From UHGV virus genome UHGV-0264650: 15,105 bases of DNA. One strand, given 5' to 3'. This stretch comes from a virus. Positions within the stretch are counted from its first letter, which is position 1, and every line of letters begins with the position of its first letter. The notes beneath the pieces were generated by a model that ran no database searches, was not told the origin of the DNA, and worked only from the letters and a program-made list of their open reading frames with translations. Below, piece by piece: positions 1-6,594 of this stretch. The translations under genes were made by a program, and so were the position numbers.

Positions 1-1262
1 CCTTTGTCACCAAGCCGATCAGCTTCCGATTTCTTCTCTTTTTTCTGTTTTTTCGGCTTGTCTACTGGCTTGTCGAATCCGGTAATCGCTCCGTCATTGG
101 CAGCATTCTGTTCATTTTTCCTTGCTTCTTCTGTAGCCTGGATTGCTGCGGTCAGATCATCCTGTAGTTGCATGACCTTGCCAACGGTCTTCCCGTATTT
201 CTTCTCGTAGTTGCTGTTATATTCGTCGGTTTGCTCTCCTACTACCTCCTTCACCCATTTATAGGCGTCCATTAGTGCCTTGATTGGCGTCACCATTGCG
301 ATGATCTTCTCGGCTACCTCGCCAGCCTTGATTCTGACATCTTCAAACATGTCGATGAATTCGCCACCAGCCGTCTTCAGGGTGTTAAAGCAGGTTTTAG
401 CGAAATCAGCGCCTTCACCTAAATCCTTAACAGCTTTCGTTACAAAATCGATACCAGCAACAACCGTATCGGATACACCGAAAAGATCATCCAATTGCTC
501 AACAAGTCCCATAACCTCGACTTTAAGCTCATTCAGGGCCATGCCGGATGTGCGCGGCAACTGCGCAAACTTCTCGTTTGTTTCCTGCGTAGCCGCCTGG
601 ATTGCGTTAACCATCCTTTCTGCCGTGATCTTACCGTCCAGCATTTCGGCGCGGAATTGGCCCATTGATAACCCCATCTGGCGTGCCATTGTCTGTACGA
701 TGGTCGGGGTGTTTTCTAACAGGCTGTTGAATTCTTCAGCGCGCAACACGCCACCGTCGATAGACTGACGGAATTGACGCATTGAGTTTGACATCTGCTC
801 CGCTGACGCGCCGCCCAACGCCCCCATTTTCTGAATCGTACCTACCAGGTTAAGCAATTGCCCTTCCGTAGCGGAGGTGTTTTTTAGTGAGATAGCCAGG
901 CCTTGCCATAATTCGCCAGTATCTTTCAGGCTCTGCCCCGTCTCCCTGGATATTTCTTTCAGACCATCAAAAACCCGCCCGGCAGATTCCGCGTCGCCTG
1001 TAAGCATTTTGATTTTGACGCGTAGCATTTTGGCCTGCTCTGCCATTTCCATAAACTGTCTAACGGCCTCGGCAGCAATTAGCAGATGGATAACCCTGGT
1101 CAGTGCTTTGATTGATGTTTTCAGTGTGTTTACCTGGCGATCGGCCTGTTTAGCACCGCGCTCTATACGGTCAAAGGCCTGGTCTGCCTGTCGTTGTGCT
1201 ACAAGAAGTTGTCCTGTTTTTGCGTCAACTTCGTAATAAATTGTGCCTACACTGGTAGCCAT
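1..1262 (-). CDS. Tail tape measure protein, N-terminal ~420 codons (partial, continues past the left edge)
   Basis: ATG at 1262-1260 with GAGG (1273-1270) 7 nt upstream. I translated the minus strand from 1262 down to ~780 and found no stop: MATSVGTIYYEVDAKTGQLLVAQRQADQAFDRIERGAKQADRQVNTLKTSIKAL...GTIQKMGALGGASAEQMSNSM. Translation of the rest gave RQFRQSIDGGVLRAEEFNSLLENTPTIVQTMARQMGLSMGQFRAEMLDGKITAE, which matches the conserved tape-measure N-terminal domain pattern. It sits after the tail tube and chaperone genes. It is missing from the ORF track because its stop codon lies outside the window. The + strand ORFs 4..210, 280..768 and 877..1236 are its antisense shadows. Confidence 0.85.
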   Translation of the reverse strand, partial: MATSVGTIYYEVDAKTGQLLVAQRQADQAFDRIERGAKQADRQVNTLKTSIKALTRVIHLLIAAEAVRQFMEMAEQAKMLRVKIKMLTGDAESAGRVFDGLKEISRETGQSLKDTGELWQGLAISLKNTSATEGQLLNLVGTIQKMGALGGASAEQMSNSMRQFRQSIDGGVLRAEEFNSLLENTPTIVQTMARQMGLSMGQFRAEMLDGKITAERMVNAIQAATQETNEKFAQLPRTSGMALNELKVEVMGLVEQLDDLFGVSDTVVAGIDFVTKAVKDLGEGADFAKTCFNTLKTAGGEFIDMFEDVRIKAGEVAEKIIAMVTPIKALMDAYKWVKEVVGEQTDEYNSNYEKKYGKTVGKVMQLQDDLTAAIQATEEARKNEQNAANDGAITGFDKPVDKPKKQKKEKKSEADRLGDK

Positions 1263-1413
1263 GATTTAACCTCATGCAAAATGTGATCTATGTATCTATT
1301 TTATACAAAATGTCTTTATTTTAACGATACCGTTTTGTATAGGTGATGTAGAGAAAGATAGAAGAGATGCAGGAAGGCCGGATGTCCCGGAGGAAGTGAA
1401 AGAGGATAAGAAA

Positions 1414-1497
1414 ATGAGAAACGTAAACTACCGCCCCAACGAATATGAACGCTATGCGAACCTTATCGAAGAAATGTTAAAAACACTTAAAAAATAA
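1414..1497 (+). CDS. Candidate 27-aa ORF (MRNVNYRPNEYERYANLIEEMLKTLKK) upstream of the secreted-protein gene
   Basis: ATG at 1414 is preceded by AGAGGA (1401-1406) with a 7-nt spacer, and TAA is at 1495-1497. It is on the same strand as the 1565..1978 gene, inside the AT-rich insert. It is very short and I recognise no homology. Confidence 0.25.
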   Translation: MRNVNYRPNEYERYANLIEEMLKTLKK

Positions 1498-1564
1498 ACA
1501 ATATGCGTGTATAACTAAGTTAAAGAAAGCATTTAGCAAATCAGAATAATTACAGGGGTTGATT

Positions 1565-1978
1565 ATGAAACGGTTAGCAAAAATGGTGCTTGCTGTGATT
1601 GCTGCACTAGCATTTAACGCTAACGCTAACGAGGCCATAAACATTAACTGTGAAGAAGTGGCAAACCATGTAGCCGCATATCACGACATGATCAAAAAAG
1701 AACCAGCCGCACCCACAATTCTTTTTAAGGCAATTGATAAAAATTTTGAAGGTAAACCAGTTTATGCTCGTTGGTTTAATTATGGCCTTGTAAACGAGGC
1801 TGCTGTAGGCGTAGTCTTTGAAAACAACAGCGAAATAAAAAACAGGATAGCTAACGAGTGTAAAGCAAATAAAGTTGCTTTCGCTGAAAGAATTTTTAAT
1901 GAAGGCGGCGCTGGTGCAAAAAATCACGCAATTGTCGATTTAGGTAACGGTTTTATTGATATTGTTAGAATCAAATAA
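1565..1978 (+). CDS. Secreted (Sec signal peptide) protein of unknown function; opposite-strand moron-like gene
   Basis: ATG at 1565 with AGGGG (1554-1558) 6 nt upstream. The track's TTG at 1559 is less likely. The N-terminus MKRLAKMVLAVIAALAFNANA|NEAIN has a basic n-region, a hydrophobic core and an A-x-A type cleavage site. The mature part is hydrophilic with two Cys residues. It is the only well-supported + strand gene in the window and sits in a low-GC block. Confidence 0.75.
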   Translation: MKRLAKMVLAVIAALAFNANANEAININCEEVANHVAAYHDMIKKEPAAPTILFKAIDKNFEGKPVYARWFNYGLVNEAAVGVVFENNSEIKNRIANECKANKVAFAERIFNEGGAGAKNHAIVDLGNGFIDIVRIK

Positions 1979-1993
1979 GACAAACGCCCGGAT

Positions 1994-2671
1994 CTACCGG
2001 ACTTTTTCTTGCTTGCGATTTTCCATTCTTTTTAGCGCCTTTTTAGCGGCCTCCATTTGCTCGTCATAAGCACGTTTATTTATGTGAACATTTGGTCTAC
2101 TTCTTTCATTTCTTTCGTCTGGCGGCGTTTTAGCGCGCACTGCGGCCCTGTATCCGGTCATTGTCATATTCCATGCTTCTGATTCTGACAATCCCAGGTG
2201 AGCAACGGCAGAATAAACAAACTCAAGTACGTCAAATGTCGGCTTGTACTCGCCTTCCTGGATCGCGCCCGTGTCTTCTTCCGGCCCGTCACCAATTAAA
2301 CCGTGGTACATGCAATGTTGCGCCAGCGTGATAACATCACTTGTAGGCATCAGTCCGGGTTTTAGTCTCAATTTACCAGAAGGAGTAAACCTACATTTGC
2401 CCAATAACGGGCCTGTTTCGTCGTCTGAGCAACATTTCAGGATGCGCATTGACGTTTGCACTATCTCACCATAACACCGTGCCATAATGCGATTGCGGAG
2501 GTCTGGATCTGTAGGTAATCGTGAAGGGTATTTGCTGCCGTGGATAAGTGCGAAATATTCGACAAGCTCACTATCGTTGCCGATTTTAGCCATCGCAGCA
2601 AAGCAAGGATTAAACTCATAGCGCTTACCGTTCACCACAGCCGCAAATTGCCCTGTACGAACATGGATCAT
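1994..2671 (-). CDS. Tail assembly chaperone (assigned by position between major tail protein and tape measure)
   Basis: ATG at 2671 with AAGGTGA 5 nt upstream. The track's GTG at 2680 overlaps that SD. The gene occupies the canonical slot after the tail tube gene. It has an acidic middle region and a basic C-terminal tail (KRAYDEQMEAAKKALKRMENRKQEKVR). The family call rests on synteny only. Confidence 0.55.
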   Translation of the reverse strand: MIHVRTGQFAAVVNGKRYEFNPCFAAMAKIGNDSELVEYFALIHGSKYPSRLPTDPDLRNRIMARCYGEIVQTSMRILKCCSDDETGPLLGKCRFTPSGKLRLKPGLMPTSDVITLAQHCMYHGLIGDGPEEDTGAIQEGEYKPTFDVLEFVYSAVAHLGLSESEAWNMTMTGYRAAVRAKTPPDERNERSRPNVHINKRAYDEQMEAAKKALKRMENRKQEKVR

Positions 2672-2683
2672 AGTATTCACCTT

Positions 2684-2708
2684 AAAAGAAAAGGGGCCAA
2701 ATGGCCCC
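2684..2708 (-). terminator. Rho-independent terminator after the major tail protein gene
   Basis: The minus-strand RNA reads GGGGCC-auuu-GGCCCC (6-bp all-GC stem at 2708-2703/2698-2693) followed by UUUUCUUUU (2692-2684). It starts 19 nt after the stop of the 2727..3203 gene. Confidence 0.7.
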
Positions 2709-2726
2709 GATTGTTAATATTGGCTG

Positions 2727-3203
2727 TTATGCTGGCGGAACGTCGCCTACCGTTACCTTGCCAGCGCTTTCGCACTCAATAGACCAGGTGGAAACATCAT
2801 CATGCGGATCTTCTTCTTTAAAGGAAGTGCAAAGGAATGGGCCTTCAGTTACGTCTACAGGAGAAACGATCTTCAGCCATACATAAGGTTGTGATCCGGT
2901 GGTTTCACCTGGCGTAATTACGTGGCGTTTCAGCGCTTTCTGATTATGGATTTCTTCAGTGCGGGACACACCGTCGCCGGAGAAAGAAACGGATTTGTAA
3001 GTAACCATTGATTCTTTCGTGTAATCGGCTGATTTATCGGCGGTGGCGTCAGCGGCTTCCCATTCAACGGAAAGTGTTTTACCACGCATCATGCCTAACG
3101 CTTTGTACGCTCCAGCTTCCAGCTTCGCATTTGGACAAGCGATAGCGAAGAATACAGCAACGTCACGGCCTGTAAACGTGCCTTTTTCGCAAGTCTGAGA
3201 CAT
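2727..3203 (-). CDS. Major tail (tube) protein
   Basis: 158 aa with a strong SD (AAGAGGT, 8-nt spacer). It sits directly before the chaperone and tape measure genes and is followed by its own terminator, as expected for a high-copy structural protein. The call is by synteny and size. Confidence 0.7.
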   Translation of the reverse strand: MSQTCEKGTFTGRDVAVFFAIACPNAKLEAGAYKALGMMRGKTLSVEWEAADATADKSADYTKESMVTYKSVSFSGDGVSRTEEIHNQKALKRHVITPGETTGSQPYVWLKIVSPVDVTEGPFLCTSFKEEDPHDDVSTWSIECESAGKVTVGDVPPA

Positions 3204-3216
3204 GTTAATTTACCTC

Positions 3217-3603
3217 TTATCTTGATATGATGGTTTGAAAGGCTACGGTAAAAATAAAGCGCCCTTCTCTTGTCTGTATTGCAGGAATAGCGCCAACTGG
3301 CTTCATGTGTGTAATTTTATCAGTTTTATATTCTGTTAACATACTTTGACGGATGGCATCGGCAAGGTCTTCCACCTCACTGATATTTGCATCATTACGC
3401 GCTGAAATAACCAGGATGCGGAAATAATCACGGGTTATTGCTTCCTCACCAGCCGCGCCGCCGTTTTGCTGGATCACGATGTATCTGTCATTATTCGAAT
3501 TACTTCGCTCATTCCAGAAACGGGCCTGCAAAATATAGCCTTCATCGTATCCGTGGGATTGAATCCAATCCCTTATTTCGTCGTAAACTTCGCTGCGTTT
3601 CAT
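3217..3603 (-). CDS. Tail terminator / tail completion protein (by position)
   Basis: 128 aa. Its start overlaps the upstream stop as ATGA (3603-3600). It lies immediately upstream of the major tail protein gene, which is the usual gpU/gp17-type slot. Confidence 0.5.
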   Translation of the reverse strand: MKRSEVYDEIRDWIQSHGYDEGYILQARFWNERSNSNNDRYIVIQQNGGAAGEEAITRDYFRILVISARNDANISEVEDLADAIRQSMLTEYKTDKITHMKPVGAIPAIQTREGRFIFTVAFQTIISR

Positions 3604-4064
3604 ACTTTGTAACCTTCTACAATTTCTTTATAAATATCATCGGCGTGGTTAGGATCTTCGAATGCCTTACGCAAGAATCCAGGCTCCGCATTTGGATCCC
3701 AATAATTACCCTTTCCAGTACCACCACCAAAACTAATTACCTGTTTCGGTCCGAAATCTGAAAGGTTATTCGTTTTGCCGAAATCTTCGCGCGGCTGGCC
3801 TTTTAATGTACCCGGCATATTGTGCACCCATTCAGCGTAGCGGGCCGTATATCCCAGGCGTAATTGCATACCGTCCGCCGTGTTCCCTATGTACTGGAAC
3901 TGACTGTTAATTAAGAAGCCCGTATCGACTGGCGTCATATTAGCCGCGAAGCCACCAGCCAGCATACCGACGCGCCATAAAACTTCGTGCGTCTTTTTAT
4001 CGGTGATTTCCTTTAGCTCCTGCTTTAATCTCTCACGGACGCGTTTAACCCCCTTGATAGGCAT
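3600..4064 (-). CDS. HK97 gp10-family head-tail joining protein
   Basis: 154 aa with GGGGG SD 6 nt upstream. It contains TPVDTGFLINS, which matches the P-x-D-T-G-x-L motif I associate with the HK97 gp10 family. Its position in the neck module fits. Confidence 0.65.
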   Translation of the reverse strand: MPIKGVKRVRERLKQELKEITDKKTHEVLWRVGMLAGGFAANMTPVDTGFLINSQFQYIGNTADGMQLRLGYTARYAEWVHNMPGTLKGQPREDFGKTNNLSDFGPKQVISFGGGTGKGNYWDPNAEPGFLRKAFEDPNHADDIYKEIVEGYKV

Positions 4065-4066
4065 GA

Positions 4067-4435
4067 TTAACCCCCTGTCACGATCTTATAATCCGGCGTG
4101 TCGTTAAACATGCTCATATCCCATTCAACGATCCCGGTAATAACGTTGGCCCCAGCCACCAGCGGGTCGGAAATATTAGTGGTGTCGCCAGTGGCAATCA
4201 TCCAGCCGTTTTTCGGGCGCTGCACTGGCTGCATATTATGAAGCAGTTCGGTAAATACGGTTATTGTATTGCTAACCTCATTACCGTTTGTGTCTGTTGC
4301 AGTGCCGTCGGTGCGCTCCCATGCGCAGTTAATCAGGTATGGTGCGCCGTATACGTCGGCGTTTGTCCAGTCGTCATGCGTTACGGGGTAGATGGTGGCT
4401 AATGCCTTGTAACTGAATCGCGCAATCTTACTCAT
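4067..4435 (-). CDS. Head closure / head-tail adaptor protein (by position)
   Basis: 122 aa with GGAG SD 8 nt upstream of ATG 4435. It overlaps the upstream gene by 8 nt. It belongs to the neck module between the capsid and tail genes. Confidence 0.5.
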   Translation of the reverse strand: MSKIARFSYKALATIYPVTHDDWTNADVYGAPYLINCAWERTDGTATDTNGNEVSNTITVFTELLHNMQPVQRPKNGWMIATGDTTNISDPLVAGANVITGIVEWDMSMFNDTPDYKIVTGG

Positions 4436-4613
4436 AGCCGTAACTCCAGCTAATAACCTTTGGATGAGTTTTCGCCACGCGCGGGCAAAGAATTACCCAT
4501 AAGCCAGCATCATTGAGGTAGGCCGCCACCTGACGTCCGCTATCCGTTTTAACCCACACGCGGGTAAATAGTTTCGGCAATACTGGATTTGGTAATGTCA
4601 GGTCGTTCCACAT
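4428..4613 (-). CDS. Small hypothetical protein in the head-tail joining module
   Basis: ATG at 4613 is preceded by AGGAGG with an 8-nt spacer. The track's GTG at 4619 is too close to the SD. The product is 61 aa (MWNDLTLPNPVLPKLFTRVWVKTDSGRQ...). Confidence 0.5.
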   Translation of the reverse strand: MWNDLTLPNPVLPKLFTRVWVKTDSGRQVAAYLNDAGLWVILCPRVAKTHPKVISWSYGYE

Positions 4614-4615
4614 TG

Positions 4616-5002
4616 TCACATCCTCCTGCTCTTACCAATCCACAGCCCGGCGTGCGCGGTGTTTTCTGGATCTGGTGGAATTAGTTCGGCTGTACAATGG
4701 TGTTTGTCCAGTGAGTAAAGCAACGAATAGGCCGCCTTCCATCGCTTATTAAAATCGACATAGCGGTAAGACTGGCTTGCACCGTTCGGACCAGTCTGCG
4801 AGGAAACGTATTTATCAGCCTGGCTGAGTCCTAACAGGCCAATGAGATAAAGCTGAATCAATGTTGCAGTGGAGGACGGATAATTGGCATCAAGGCATTC
4901 ATTAACGCTATTTGCCTGCTCCACCAGCAAAGATAAAACCACGTCTGGTATTTCAATCCCCTGGCTTTCGAGATATTCCCGCGCCTGTTGTGTGGTAACC
5001 AT
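4616..5002 (-). CDS. Head-tail connector / head completion protein (by position)
   Basis: ATG at 5002 is preceded by GGAGAA with a 6-nt spacer, giving MVTTQQAREYLESQGIEIPD... (128 aa). The track's start at 5038 lies inside the terminator hairpin downstream of the capsid gene, so I reject it. Confidence 0.55.
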   Translation of the reverse strand: MVTTQQAREYLESQGIEIPDVVLSLLVEQANSVNECLDANYPSSTATLIQLYLIGLLGLSQADKYVSSQTGPNGASQSYRYVDFNKRWKAAYSLLYSLDKHHCTAELIPPDPENTAHAGLWIGKSRRM

Positions 5003-5020
5003 TTTGTTTTCTCCACATAC

Positions 5021-5049
5021 AAAAAAAATCCCCGGCATTGCGCCGGGGA
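5021..5049 (-). terminator. Rho-independent terminator after the major capsid gene
   Basis: The minus-strand RNA reads UCCCCGGC-gcaau-GCCGGGGA (8-bp stem at 5049-5042/5036-5029) followed by eight U (5028-5021). It begins 19 nt after the capsid stop codon (5068). Confidence 0.9.
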
Positions 5050-5067
5050 GCTACAGAAACATATCAA

Positions 5068-6132
5068 TCAGGTATTGCTGCCGTAGACCACTCCTGAACG
5101 ACCTTCCATGTCACGGGTGATTTGCAGACCCTCAGCGGACATGATGCGGAAGTTGTAGTTATCAGTCGGCATCATGCGCGGTAACGGTACAACACCAGTA
5201 GTCATACCAACCAGCGGGGTAATTACGCTACGGCTGCGCTGATAAGCAATGAACTCGTTGCCGGACAATGCATAGCTCTGGCGAATCTCACCAACCGGAG
5301 CGAACGGCATAATGACGCTCAGCACGCTACCGACTACAGCACCATTGACGATGTGCGGACGGGCCAGGTTAGCCATGATCTCAGGCGATACCCACATGAC
5401 GTCGTATTTAGCTACGAAGTTGGCGCGAGCCAGCTTGCCGAACTCACCAACGGTGAAGAAGTCAATGATCTTGTCGAAAACCGCAGTAGTCAGGTCGACT
5501 TTTGCGACGGTTTTTAGTTTAAGCTGCTGGGTGCTTTTGTGGTTTTTAATACCCATAGCTTTATGACCATCAACCACGATGCGATCGTTACCATTCAGGT
5601 AGAACTGGACGCGTGCTTTGTTGAATTTTTTCAGTTTCAGGCGCTGGCTATCCAGGGCAAGGTCGATGCCTACAGTATTCAAGCCCTGAGCGAGACGCCA
5701 GTTAACACCGTAACCAGCCGCGAACATCGGGATCGGGTCGCCATCGCTACCGTATTCGGTGTGATCAAAGCCGTGTGGCGCTTGACCATCCATAGACATC
5801 ACAACTTCATCATTGATGTCACCGGATACGTTGTACATTTTCAGCGTTTTACCGACTGGCAGTACGGTTTGTACACCCATCAGGTCGTTTACGATCTCAA
5901 TACCGATTTCTTCGGTGTTCAGTTCGATGATCTGGTTATCAATTTCTTTCCAGAATTCTCTTGCGAAGCCGCCGACGGCGTTACAGGCCAACATTTCAGC
6001 GGTCATGTTTGCTTTGTTTGCTGCAATCATGGCGTTATGCTGATCGTTGAAGATATTGCGTTGCGCCCACAGTTCTTTCCAATGGCTCTGCATCCGGGAG
6101 TTGGCGGCAAGGTTTTCTTTAGTAAAGTACAT
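5068..6132 (-). CDS. Major capsid protein
   Basis: 354 aa with a strong SD (AAAAGGGGA, 5-nt spacer). It follows the scaffold and decoration genes and is followed by the strongest terminator in the window. Size and position are typical of an HK97-fold coat protein. Confidence 0.8.
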   Translation of the reverse strand: MYFTKENLAANSRMQSHWKELWAQRNIFNDQHNAMIAANKANMTAEMLACNAVGGFAREFWKEIDNQIIELNTEEIGIEIVNDLMGVQTVLPVGKTLKMYNVSGDINDEVVMSMDGQAPHGFDHTEYGSDGDPIPMFAAGYGVNWRLAQGLNTVGIDLALDSQRLKLKKFNKARVQFYLNGNDRIVVDGHKAMGIKNHKSTQQLKLKTVAKVDLTTAVFDKIIDFFTVGEFGKLARANFVAKYDVMWVSPEIMANLARPHIVNGAVVGSVLSVIMPFAPVGEIRQSYALSGNEFIAYQRSRSVITPLVGMTTGVVPLPRMMPTDNYNFRIMSAEGLQITRDMEGRSGVVYGSNT

Positions 6133-6149
6133 GTTATTCCCCTTTTAAA

Positions 6150-6578
6150 TTAAGCCACGCGAACGCGGATAAAATCTTCCGCTCCCAGGGTTACGTCTTC
6201 CCGGCAGTATGCGATGATCGGATCTGGCGCTGCCTGTTCACTTGGCGCAACAAACAGTTTCACCCCGTCGGCTGCGAGAGCAATAGCTGCACCCTTAACA
6301 TAAGCGGCTGCAGGAACAAGGAGAGCAAACTCTCGGCCCTGTTCCACATAATCAGCAACAACAGTTTCATTTGCAGCGATTGCATCAGTAATGGTTTTGC
6401 CTTCGTGGAATGCCGGGTTGACGATGTACAACTGAGCTGCACCGACATCAGCACTGGTTGCTTTTGCAAACTTACCTCCGTCCAGTTTTACCAGTTCACC
6501 TGGTTTTACTGCAACCTTAGCAGTGTAGGTTTCGGTAATGGATTTACCATCAATATTTACACGACGAAAACGAGACAT
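6150..6578 (-). CDS. Putative head decoration / capsid accessory protein
   Basis: 142 aa, Ala/Val/Gly-rich and predicted beta-rich. It lies between the scaffold and major capsid genes and has the same AAAAGGGGA initiation region as the capsid gene. The assignment is by position. Confidence 0.5.
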   Translation of the reverse strand: MSRFRRVNIDGKSITETYTAKVAVKPGELVKLDGGKFAKATSADVGAAQLYIVNPAFHEGKTITDAIAANETVVADYVEQGREFALLVPAAAYVKGAAIALAADGVKLFVAPSEQAAPDPIIAYCREDVTLGAEDFIRVRVA

Positions 6579-6594
6579 TGTGATCCCCTTTTAA

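Noticed and set aside
4-1236. Plus-strand ORFs 4..210, 280..768 and 877..1236 (68-162 aa)
   Set aside because: They lie antisense to an uninterrupted minus-strand frame with clear tape-measure sequence features. Their products are low-complexity Ser/Ala/Cys-rich strings with no SDs, which marks them as shadow ORFs.
1607-1927. Minus-strand 106-aa ORF inside the AT-rich insert
   Set aside because: It is antisense to the well-formed signal-peptide gene. Its product is an implausible Phe/Cys/Val-rich string, it has no SD, and it does not connect in frame to the chaperone or tape measure genes.
5003-5038. Track start at 5038 for the post-capsid ORF, and the alternative-frame ORF 4858..5067
   Set aside because: Both would initiate within or across the terminator hairpin and U-tract. 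ATG 5002 has a proper GGAGAA SD.
5312-6153. Plus-strand ORFs antisense to the capsid gene (84, 204 and 76 aa)
   Set aside because: They are shadow ORFs of a strongly supported minus-strand gene, with no SDs and odd composition. The same reasoning applies to the other + strand ORFs at 2244-2886, 3438-3761, 4884-5120, 6405-7558, 7948-9106, 9538-9738, 10419-10979 and 11672-12169, and to the alternative-frame minus ORFs at 6260-6469, 9417-9680 and 10402-10605.
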